A stretch of DNA of 64,000 nt from Candidatus Nitromaritima sp. SCGC AAA288-L16 (GTDB lineage: Bacteria; Nitrospinota; Nitrospinia; Nitrospinales; VA-1), in the NCBI GenBank assembly GCA_000372225.1, contig AQTY01000001.1, positions 7,323 to 71,322 of the forward strand, in the 5' to 3' direction. Position numbers and translations under genes: made by a program. A model generated the notes under the pieces. That model saw only the letters and a list, made by a program, of their open reading frames with translations. It was not told where the DNA came from and made no database searches. Positions 56,353 to 64,000 of this stretch are shown one piece after another; position 1 is the first letter of the stretch, and every line of letters begins with the position of its first letter.

Positions 56353-57075
56353 TCAGTCGCTGACTTTAACCCCGTGGTGAATTGAAACAATGCCAAAGGT
56401 AAGCTCTGCGAAAGACACTTTTTTAAAACCGGTCTTTTCGATCCATTCAACGAATTTTTTTTGGTTAGGAAAATTGGCTACCGACTCGGGAAGGTAAGTA
56501 TAGGCATTTGAATGACCAGAAATAAGGTTACCTATTTTAGGTAAAATGAGATTAAAATACCACCCATAGACTGCATGGAGGAATTGATTTTGAGGTACGG
56601 AAAATTCAAGAATAACAACCCTACCACCAGGCTTTAGCACGCGATAAAACTCTCTCAGTCCAATTTGCATATTGGCAAAATTTCTAATTCCAAAAGCACA
56701 TATAACTCCATCAAAACTTTCATTTGCAAAAGGAAGGTACTCACCGCTTCCTATTTGAAAAGAAATTAATTTATCATAATTGTTCTGAGTGACTTTAGTT
56801 CTCCCAAGATCTAGCATGCACTGACTGAAATCTATTCCAAAAATTCGAACTGAAAGATTTCGACTCGCAATTTCCATGACTATATCGCACGTACCTGTAG
56901 CAACATCTAAAATATGATCCCTTCCAATTGGATCAAGTAAGTCAACAGCTCGTTTTCTCCAGTATTTATCTTGCCCCACGCTAAGTAGCCGATTTAAAAA
57001 ATCATATCTGGGGGCTATAGATGTGAACATCTCTCGAGTTTGTAGTGTAAACGTTGTGGTATCTTCTATAATCAT
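56353..57075 (-). CDS. ubiE: demethylmenaquinone/ubiquinone C-methyltransferase
   Basis: 240 aa with FTSIAPRYDFLNRLLSVGQDKYWRK and the SAM motif ILDVATGTCD. Confidence 0.9.
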   Translation of the reverse strand: MIIEDTTTFTLQTREMFTSIAPRYDFLNRLLSVGQDKYWRKRAVDLLDPIGRDHILDVATGTCDIVMEIASRNLSVRIFGIDFSQCMLDLGRTKVTQNNYDKLISFQIGSGEYLPFANESFDGVICAFGIRNFANMQIGLREFYRVLKPGGRVVILEFSVPQNQFLHAVYGWYFNLILPKIGNLISGHSNAYTYLPESVANFPNQKKFVEWIEKTGFKKVSFAELTFGIVSIHHGVKVSD

Positions 57076-57254
57076 GATTTGGGATAGGAGTGAATTAAAC
57101 GAGTATTTTTATTTAAGTTTTTTAATTCTATCATTCGAATTTAGTTGCATCAATAATAGTAAATTAGATTGATCGGTATCATGAATATAAAACGTCTCAC
57201 TTATGATACAACAGTAGCATTGAAGTACAGATAACTCGCATGGAGAAAAAATAA

Positions 57255-57801
57255 ATGAAAAATGTACTTATTCCTTTAGCTCCTGGGTTTGAAGAAATCG
57301 AGACTATTACTGTCGTGGATATACTCAGGAGGTGGTGCCAGAGTATCTACTGCTGGTATAGTTGACGGGATTATTGAAGGCTCACGAGGGGTTAAACTCC
57401 TTGCAGATGAATCTATTAAAAATATTAATTCTGAAAAATATGATTTGTTGATTCTACATGGTGGGCAACCTGGAACAGATAATTTAAAAAAAGACCCTAG
57501 AGTCACTACACTTTTAAACGAAATGGAAAGTAAAAAGAAATTAATAGGTGCAATTTGTGCAGCACCAATTATTTTAGAGGAAAATGGAATCCTCAGAAAA
57601 CGTAAACGAACTAGTCACCCATCGGTCAAAGAAGCATTATTAGGGGATTTGTATAAAGAGGACAGGGTGGTGGTTGACCATAACATTATAACTAGCCGTT
57701 CTCCAGGGACTGCAATGGAATTCGCTTTCACGTTGGTGGAAATCCTCTTTGGGAAGGATCGCGTAATACTTGTTAATAACGGTGTTTTAGCCAATATTTA
57801 A
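57255..57801 (+). pseudogene. DJ-1/PfpI (YajL-like) family protein, N-terminal strand displaced into another frame
   Basis: ATG 57255 opens MKNVLIPLAPGFEEIETITVVDILRR, the canonical DJ-1 N-terminus, and then runs to a TGA at 57363-57365. The rest, GGARVSTAG...ICAAP...SRSPGTA, continues in the +1 frame (ORF 57289-57801). The junction lies in GGAGGTGGTG at ~57326-57338. Confidence 0.75.
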
Positions 57802-57954
57802 CATGCTTCAAAGCCTCTAAAGCCTAAATTACTTGTGTCATAAACAAATTCTTCAAATACTTGAATCTTTTTTATTTCTATTGCTATCTTAAAGGAAAAA
57901 AAATACTTATTCCTAACTGACTTTAGGCTTTATTCTCACTAGTGGAATTTAAAA

Positions 57955-58155
57955 ATGCAAATAAATATTTATAGTAATAAAATTTTGACCAATGTCGTGC
58001 CAAAACTTTACGCAAATAAAGAAAAATCTAGATCGGGCAGATGTAATCATTGCGGGGGCACTTTTAAAAATGAATCAGATATGGAAGTCTGTATCATGTG
58101 TTCTCGTGAATCAGATCATGCGTGCAGCGATTGCTCTCACTTCCCAAGTAAATAG
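57955..58155 (+). CDS. hypothetical Cys-rich (zinc-ribbon-like) small protein
   Basis: 66 aa with CNHCGG...CIMCS...CSDCSH. Coding status is uncertain. Confidence 0.3.
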   Translation: MQINIYSNKILTNVVPKLYANKEKSRSGRCNHCGGTFKNESDMEVCIMCSRESDHACSDCSHFPSK

Positions 58156-58238
58156 TTTGTAAAATTTGAAAACATCTGCACAAGTAGCATTCAAATAACA
58201 ACCAAAAGTTTATTAAAGTTACCCCTCTGATTATCAGT

Positions 58239-59132
58239 TCATATACTAATCTCTCCCTTGATAAGAGTAACTGATTCACCTCCGACTCTAATTGATTTTA
58301 TTTCATCTTCGTTTTGCTTGATACAAACAAATAGTGATGATGGACGTCCAATCATATGACCTTGTTCAATAAATATATTCCCGCAAGTCTCTTTTGATAT
58401 TAACTTGTTACTAGAGAGATAAGCTCCCGCTGCACCAGCAGCACTTCCAGTAGCGGGATCTTCAGGAATTCCTAATTTGGGAGCAAAAGCCCTAGAATGA
58501 ATCGTGGCATCTGGGTCAAAAGTCTGGGAAGTGAAAGCGTACAACAAATCTGTTCCTAAACTAGTCAGAAGTCGACTTAGTCTAAGAGTATCAACTGAAA
58601 TTTTTTCTAAAACTTGCAATGAAGTTATGGGGACAACTAAAATAGGTAATCCTGTGGAAACAATTTGTACCGGTCGACTACTTGAATAGATACCATCAGT
58701 AGAAATACCGAGCGCCTTACCTATCTCTTCAGAGCAATCTAAAGGGGGTTGAAATACTGGCAATAATTGATCCATAAATAGGTGGTTCTCTTTTTCCATT
58801 TCTCTGACAGTAACTACTCCCGCCTTCAAGGCAAGTTTTATAGTGTAATCACCAGAAAGAACTTTTCCAGTATCTCTCAAAATATGAGCTGTACCCAAAG
58901 TAGGATGCCCGGCAAAAGGAAGCTCTTTTTCAGGTGTGAATATCCGAACTAAAAAATCTACTGGTAGGTTACCCGGGGGCAAGACAAACGTAGTTTCTGA
59001 AAGGTTCATCTCTTTCGCAATGTACTGCATATTTTGATCAGTTAAGCCTTCAGAGTCAAAAACTACAGCTAATGGATTCCCCCCAAATGGAATTTTCGTA
59101 AAAACGTCAACTTGATAAAAAGAGCAATTCAT
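58239..59132 (-). CDS. PhzF family isomerase
   Basis: 297 aa with FYQVDVFT..PFGGNPLAVV, SETTFV and the GHPTLG pattern. Confidence 0.9.
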   Translation of the reverse strand: MNCSFYQVDVFTKIPFGGNPLAVVFDSEGLTDQNMQYIAKEMNLSETTFVLPPGNLPVDFLVRIFTPEKELPFAGHPTLGTAHILRDTGKVLSGDYTIKLALKAGVVTVREMEKENHLFMDQLLPVFQPPLDCSEEIGKALGISTDGIYSSSRPVQIVSTGLPILVVPITSLQVLEKISVDTLRLSRLLTSLGTDLLYAFTSQTFDPDATIHSRAFAPKLGIPEDPATGSAAGAAGAYLSSNKLISKETCGNIFIEQGHMIGRPSSLFVCIKQNEDEIKSIRVGGESVTLIKGEISI

Positions 59133-59147
59133 TATGATTAAATTGGA

Positions 59148-61043
59148 TTAAAGGTTTTTGTCAATCCATTTTTTAAGAACATAGAGTGACCATGGACGCG
59201 ACCAAGAACAACGCTTATCTAAAAAATTACTCCATATTTTTTGCACGCCATCTTGAGAAATAAAATCAGGCAACTTTTCTGAGCGAGACAGCAAAACAGA
59301 CTCTATCTCGGGTCTCATTTCCCCTCTCATCCAAACTTCAAACGGTAAAGTGAATCCCATTTTTTTTCTTCGCACAATAAACTCTGGTAATTTTCTAGTT
59401 AAGGAATTTACTAATAAATGTTTAGGGATGCCTGGTTTTATTTTCATGTTCGATGGGACCGAAAACATAAGTTCAACTAACTTGTGGTCTAGTAAAGGAA
59501 CCCTGATTTCAAGACCGTGAGCCATGCTCATCATGTCAGTATCTCTTAATAAGGTAGTGGCCATATAGTGAGTCATCTCAAGGTATGAGACTAAGTCCAC
59601 AGTTGATAGTCTAGAGTGAGAGTCGATTAGTTCTTTTGTGTGGTTTAAGTTCTTTGTTATTTCTTTTTTTAGAATAAGAGGGTCAGAAAACAAGCTCCGC
59701 AACTCTTGTTCGCAAAATAAAGAACGAAATAAAAAATAAGCATGAGCACCGTTATATTGCCCTTTAATTAGGTGGTTTAACTTTGTGCTTTTATCTGATG
59801 GCGGCATTAAGTTAGAGGCGAGGTTGGCCAACTGTTTTCTTAAGCCTGTGGGGAGGCAATTTAGAATTTTCTTTATTTTGTTTAGCCGTGGTACTAATGA
59901 GAAAGAGTTATAACCAGCGAATAGTTCGTCACCTCCCAGTCCTGACAGCGCAACCTTTAGTCCCATATTTTTAGATGCCTGCGAAATCATGTATGTGTTT
60001 ATTCCGTCAACTGTTGGCTGGTCCATGGATGCTAGGGCAGGGGATAAACTTTCTATAAGATCTCTTTCTGATAGCAGGAGTTCATGATGATTCGTTCCGA
60101 GAAGATTGGCAAATAAGGATGAATATTTAGATTCATCATAATCTTTATCTTGAAAGGTCACTGATATAGTTCGAATTGGAGTAGGGTTATTAGCTGTTAT
60201 CATACTGACCACCGCACTTGAATCTATACCACCACTAAGAAAAGTTCCAATAGGAACATCACTTACAAGATGCTGTCGTGCTACCTCATCTAGACAACTT
60301 CCTATCCGTTGAACAATTTTGGTTGGGGATTGTTCTAATTTATTTTCATTAAAGGGGTCCCAGTATTTTTGAACCTTAATTCCATGTTTATCAGCAACCA
60401 AGAAGTGTCCTGGTGGCAACTCCATTATTGAGTCTAGTATAGAGTCAATCGAACCCACACGTCCGTAGGATAAATATTGGAATATTCCAGTTGGATTTAC
60501 ACCGGGTTTGTCTATTTTTGATGCAAGGATGGCTCGCAACTCTGAGCTAAATATAAATATATTATTTTTTGAAAAATAATATAAAGGTTTTATTCCTATA
60601 CGATCTCGAGCAAGAACCAGTTTATTATTTGTGTCATCCCATATCGCGAATGCAAACATTCCGCGTATTTTTTTTAAGCAATCTATACCCCAAACTTCAT
60701 ACGATCGTAGTAGAACTTCGGTGTCGGATTTAGATCGAAATTTATATTCATGCTCTAACTCATCCTTTAATTCCCTATAGTTATATATTTCACTATTGGT
60801 GGTTATCCATATCGTTGAATCATTATTGGACATCGGTTGATGTCCACCTTGACTAGGATCAATTATTGATAATCTCCGGTGTCCCAAATATATATTTATG
60901 CCATTTTTAGAGTTAATTTTTTTTTCCCCACGATCATCAGGTCCTCTGTGTTTTATAGCATTGAGCATCATTTGAAGCCCTTTATTTAAGCTTTCAGGTG
61001 ATCTTTTTGAATTATTATCAAAAATACCGGCTATACCGCACAT
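59148..61043 (-). CDS. asnB: asparagine synthase (glutamine-hydrolysing) family amidotransferase
   Basis: 631 aa with the N-terminal nucleophile MCGIAGIF and the PP-loop LSGGIDSSAVV. Confidence 0.9.
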   Translation of the reverse strand: MCGIAGIFDNNSKRSPESLNKGLQMMLNAIKHRGPDDRGEKKINSKNGINIYLGHRRLSIIDPSQGGHQPMSNNDSTIWITTNSEIYNYRELKDELEHEYKFRSKSDTEVLLRSYEVWGIDCLKKIRGMFAFAIWDDTNNKLVLARDRIGIKPLYYFSKNNIFIFSSELRAILASKIDKPGVNPTGIFQYLSYGRVGSIDSILDSIMELPPGHFLVADKHGIKVQKYWDPFNENKLEQSPTKIVQRIGSCLDEVARQHLVSDVPIGTFLSGGIDSSAVVSMITANNPTPIRTISVTFQDKDYDESKYSSLFANLLGTNHHELLLSERDLIESLSPALASMDQPTVDGINTYMISQASKNMGLKVALSGLGGDELFAGYNSFSLVPRLNKIKKILNCLPTGLRKQLANLASNLMPPSDKSTKLNHLIKGQYNGAHAYFLFRSLFCEQELRSLFSDPLILKKEITKNLNHTKELIDSHSRLSTVDLVSYLEMTHYMATTLLRDTDMMSMAHGLEIRVPLLDHKLVELMFSVPSNMKIKPGIPKHLLVNSLTRKLPEFIVRRKKMGFTLPFEVWMRGEMRPEIESVLLSRSEKLPDFISQDGVQKIWSNFLDKRCSWSRPWSLYVLKKWIDKNL

Positions 61044-61165
61044 GATTTGGTTTCGCTATTTAAGATAGGAAGAATGACTCCATATTTAAGTTCCCATAAC
61101 ATATATTATGTAAACTAAATATATTTAGAGAGAAAACAACGTAAAAAAATTAGGAAATGGGCTTC

Positions 61166-62113
61166 TCAGCCTTTTTTGAGCGTGTGGACTTCTTTAATTG
61201 CCTTTATAACATGATTGGCCGAAAGACCATATTTTTCATATAACTCTGGTCCAGAACCAGATTCAGCAAATTGGTCGCGAACAGCAATAGACTTTAAAGG
61301 TACTGAAATTTGGTGATTAGCCAGTGTCTGGCATACAGCATCGTTTAAGCCACCAATAATATTATGATCTTCAGCGACAATTACAGCATTATGGCGTTTA
61401 GTTTCATTAATTATGAGACTTTCGTCTAGTGGTTTTAGAGTTGATATATTCACTATTGTTGTAAAAATTGATTCATTTTGAAGAATATCAGCTGCAATTA
61501 AACTTTCTTGAACTAAACCTCCTGTCGCGAACACCACAACATCAGTTCCTTGCTTTACGATGCTAGCTTTACCAATCTCGAACCTATAACTAGAATCATA
61601 AATACCTTTTAATTTTGGTCTCCCCAAACGAAGGTACGCTGGCCCAAAATGTTTAGATAGTGCTTTAGTCGCTTGAACCGCTTCTTCATAATCTGCTGGT
61701 TGTATAACAGTCATATTGGGCATCGCTCGAGTATAGGCTAGATCTACAATCATTTGAGCAGAAGGCCCATCTTCTCCAACAGCTAACCCTGTATGTGTTC
61801 CGGCTAACTTCACATTTGAATTAGAATAAGCAACGCTTACTAGAATTTGATCCATTGTCCGACCAAGAAGAAAACAAGAAAAACTAGTAGCAAAAGCAAC
61901 TTTCCCTGTCCGCGCAAGTCCGGCTGCGGTGCACACCATATCACCCTCACTAATGCCCATATTAAAAAAACGCTCGGGGAATTCCTGACCAAACTTTATG
62001 GTGCGCGTGCTATCGCTAACACCTGAGTCAAGCACTACAATATTAGAGTCGCTATGTCCAAGTTCTACCAGGGCAATTCCATAGCCATCTCTTGTCGCGG
62101 CATCTTTAAACAA
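61166..62113 (-). CDS. transketolase, C-terminal (pyrimidine-binding) subunit
   Basis: 315 aa with RDGYG.ALVELG, F.MGISEGDM and TH.G...GEDGPSAQ patterns. It lies 5 nt after the N-terminal subunit gene. Confidence 0.9.
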   Translation of the reverse strand: MFKDAATRDGYGIALVELGHSDSNIVVLDSGVSDSTRTIKFGQEFPERFFNMGISEGDMVCTAAGLARTGKVAFATSFSCFLLGRTMDQILVSVAYSNSNVKLAGTHTGLAVGEDGPSAQMIVDLAYTRAMPNMTVIQPADYEEAVQATKALSKHFGPAYLRLGRPKLKGIYDSSYRFEIGKASIVKQGTDVVVFATGGLVQESLIAADILQNESIFTTIVNISTLKPLDESLIINETKRHNAVIVAEDHNIIGGLNDAVCQTLANHQISVPLKSIAVRDQFAESGSGPELYEKYGLSANHVIKAIKEVHTLKKG

Positions 62114-62118
62114 AGTTT

Positions 62119-62958
62119 TTATCCCTCAAGCTCTTTCAAAGCATTGTTAAGGTCTTCCTCTTTAGGGGCAACGCCATGCCAGGCTTTGTTTCCCTCCATA
62201 AAACTTACCCCTTTTCCTTTAATTGTATCTGCAATAATAACCCTAGGTTTAGTTAAATGAGTAGGCAACGAAAGTGCGGTCATAATATCATTCATACAAT
62301 GACCGTTAATCCGGTGAACATCCCAGCCAAATGCCTTCCACTTATCCTCAAGCGGTTCTATGTTTTTCAAATCTACGGTATTATTGTCTTGGGCGACCTT
62401 ATTGTTATCAATTACTGCGATCAGATTATTAGAATTAAACTTCGCAGCTGACATAGCAGCTTCCCATATTTGACCCTCTTGAATTTCACCATCCCCGAGA
62501 ACCACATATACTTTATAATCTAATCGATCCACACGAGCACCTAAGGCAATTCCATGCCCAACACTAAGGCCCTGCCCCAAACTACCACTGGCAATCTCAA
62601 CGCCTGGAGTTTTAGGGTGTGGATGTCCAGATAGAAACAATTCACTACTAATTTTTCTATATTCGTTCAGTTTTTCTTCAGGGAAGTAATCTGCTCGCGC
62701 TAAAACACAATACATAAGGGCACTTGCATGACCTTTGCTAAGGATAAATCTATCTCTTTTTGGATCGCTGGGGTTACTGGGGTCGTATTGAAGAATATCA
62801 CCAAAATAAATAGCTGTAAGGATGTCAGTTGCAGATAAACTCCCACCCGGATGACCAGAACCTGCATGAAATATTACATTTAAAATTTTTTTACGAAGTT
62901 CTTTGGCTATTTTCTCAAGTTCTGATATGTCTACTCCGGTTAAATTCGTATTTCCCAT
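62119..62958 (-). CDS. transketolase, N-terminal (TPP-binding) subunit
   Basis: 279 aa with GSGHPGGSLS, SKGHA and LGDGEIQEGQIWEA motifs. Confidence 0.9.
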   Translation of the reverse strand: MGNTNLTGVDISELEKIAKELRKKILNVIFHAGSGHPGGSLSATDILTAIYFGDILQYDPSNPSDPKRDRFILSKGHASALMYCVLARADYFPEEKLNEYRKISSELFLSGHPHPKTPGVEIASGSLGQGLSVGHGIALGARVDRLDYKVYVVLGDGEIQEGQIWEAAMSAAKFNSNNLIAVIDNNKVAQDNNTVDLKNIEPLEDKWKAFGWDVHRINGHCMNDIMTALSLPTHLTKPRVIIADTIKGKGVSFMEGNKAWHGVAPKEEDLNNALKELEG

Positions 62959-63210
62959 ATAAAATATAAAAAAGGCTTAAATTAAATAGAATCGAATTAG
63001 CTTATACCACAACACCATCAACTTATACAATCTAAGAAATATTCAAGAAAAAGACGTTTTTCCCCGATAAACCTTTTAGTTCTATATATATATACGGATT
63101 GTTTGGTAAGGTTTAAAAGGCAAGTTTGGTAATTGTCTTGCGTGGGCATGAGTGTCTTTCAGTTTAAAACTCATTCCATTTAATAAAAAATAAACAAAAG
63201 TTAAAAAAAG

Positions 63211-63236
63211 TTAACTATTGATTAATTGATAGTTAA
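63211..63236. promoter_or_regulatory. 26-nt near-perfect palindrome, candidate operator upstream of the TolC-family gene
   Basis: TTAACTAT-tg-ATTAAT-tg-ATAGTTAA. The outer 8-nt arms are perfect inverted repeats and the centre ATTAAT is self-complementary. It lies 58 nt upstream of ATG 63294. Confidence 0.3.
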
Positions 63237-63293
63237 TTTTTGTAGTCATATTATAGAAGATGCATATCTAACTCGTTCTTGGGTCGTTGCAAA

Positions 63294-64000
63294 ATGTTTC
63301 TTTTAATCAAGCTAACAATACTATTTTTTATTTTAGCTATAAATACACTTACTGTGAGCGCGGAAGATATTTCTAAAGTTTCCGAAGAAACTTTTAAGGA
63401 CAAAGTGGAGATCCTACCCTCGCCTATTAAAGATTTAATCAAACCAAAATCATTAATGTCCACTGAGCTTTCCGAAAGTGCAGCAAAAGTACCAAATACA
63501 AAATTTTTAGACCCCTTTTTTAAAAAAAATAACTCGGATATTTCATCATCCATATCAAATAGCGCATCTTCAAAAAAAGAACTTTTAGAAAATTCAACAA
63601 ATACAATAAACACAATACTTGTAGACGCATCCTTAGATAAAAAAGACTCAGATAGCTCGATTTCAAAAATAGAGTTATTTACCCCAATAGATTCTCTTAA
63701 AAAACACCCTAGTTCTATAGTGCTATCTTTAAAAGATGCCATCATTCGAACACTTTCTAATAACGTATCCATTGCGGTTGAATCATTTAATTCCAAGGTT
63801 AAAAAAAAGAATATTATAGAAAGTCTTTCAGAATTTGATGCAACACTTGGCCTAGAATTATCTACAGGAAGAAAGACTCAACAGTTAGCGAGTGCTTTTA
63901 GCTCGCCTAACAGAATGGAAAATGACAATGATAATTGGGATCTATCCTTGTCTCAAAAATTAGTAACTGGAGCAGACTATCAATTTGATTTCACAAATAA
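63294..64000 (+). CDS. TolC-family outer membrane efflux protein, N-terminal part (runs off window end)
   Basis: Not in the supplied ORF track because it has no stop in the window. It starts ATG MFLLIKLTILFFILAINTLTVSAED (signal peptide). Further on, LSLKDAIIRTLSNNVSIAVESFN...SEFDATLGLELS...WDLSLSQKLVTGADYQFDF is the typical OEP/TolC N-terminal repeat. Confidence 0.75.
   Translation, partial: MFLLIKLTILFFILAINTLTVSAEDISKVSEETFKDKVEILPSPIKDLIKPKSLMSTELSESAAKVPNTKFLDPFFKKNNSDISSSISNSASSKKELLENSTNTINTILVDASLDKKDSDSSISKIELFTPIDSLKKHPSSIVLSLKDAIIRTLSNNVSIAVESFNSKVKKKNIIESLSEFDATLGLELSTGRKTQQLASAFSSPNRMENDNDNWDLSLSQKLVTGADYQFDFTN

Noticed and set aside
63083-63094. (TA)6 microsatellite in the tkt / TolC-family intergenic region
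   Set aside because: It is short and sits in a very AT-rich spacer. There is no evidence that it sits between promoter elements.
63251-63796. 181-aa minus-strand ORF listed in the six-frame track
   Set aside because: It is the antisense shadow of a plus-strand gene that starts at 63294. That gene has a clear signal peptide and TolC-family N-terminal motifs. The minus-strand translation is low-complexity (Ser/Phe/Glu-rich) with no recognisable family.

Overview
Densely coding, visibly AT-rich bacterial chromosomal window. GC content was not computed. It uses the standard genetic code (TGA, TAA and TAG all act as stops). I saw no rRNA, CRISPR array, transposase or integrase. Most of the content is core metabolism and envelope biogenesis of a diderm-type, flagellated, respiring bacterium. 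In order: gap (3' end)-tpiA-secG-tRNA-Leu(GAG); an E3-like flavoprotein followed by a Rieske / split cytochrome b6-type / octahaem cytochrome c operon; metF; a translationally coupled three-gene glycosyltransferase island; an unusually long pgk; RNase E/G; ftsE (frameshifted)-ftsX-envC-ctpA-tsaD; gpsA-larB; mitochondrial-type aconitase; tRNA-Met(CAT)-larC; two DUF507 genes; tatC; rpiB-glyA-nrdR-ccsA-like-hemA-hemC-nadC; flagellin-flgM with a sigma-28-like promoter; copZ-like, ubiE, DJ-1 (frameshifted); split transketolase-asnB-phzF; and the 5' end of a TolC-family gene. Accessory-looking content includes three ribonuclease-inhibitor-type LRR paralogues and two FGE-sulfatase-fold proteins that lack the catalytic Cys pair, one of them coupled to an HmuY-like protein. 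It also includes a membrane-anchored Mrr-like protein and an MBL+SCP2-like protein. I do not see a clear defence or mobile system. The best novelty candidates are the non-canonical Rieske/cyt b complex with its degenerate flavoprotein neighbour, the ftsE interruption exactly on an A_AAA_AAG slippery heptamer, the ~120-aa-longer PGK, the FGE-like/LRR/acidic-protein modules and the multidomain glycosylation operon. All homology calls come from motif recognition by eye; no database search was run.
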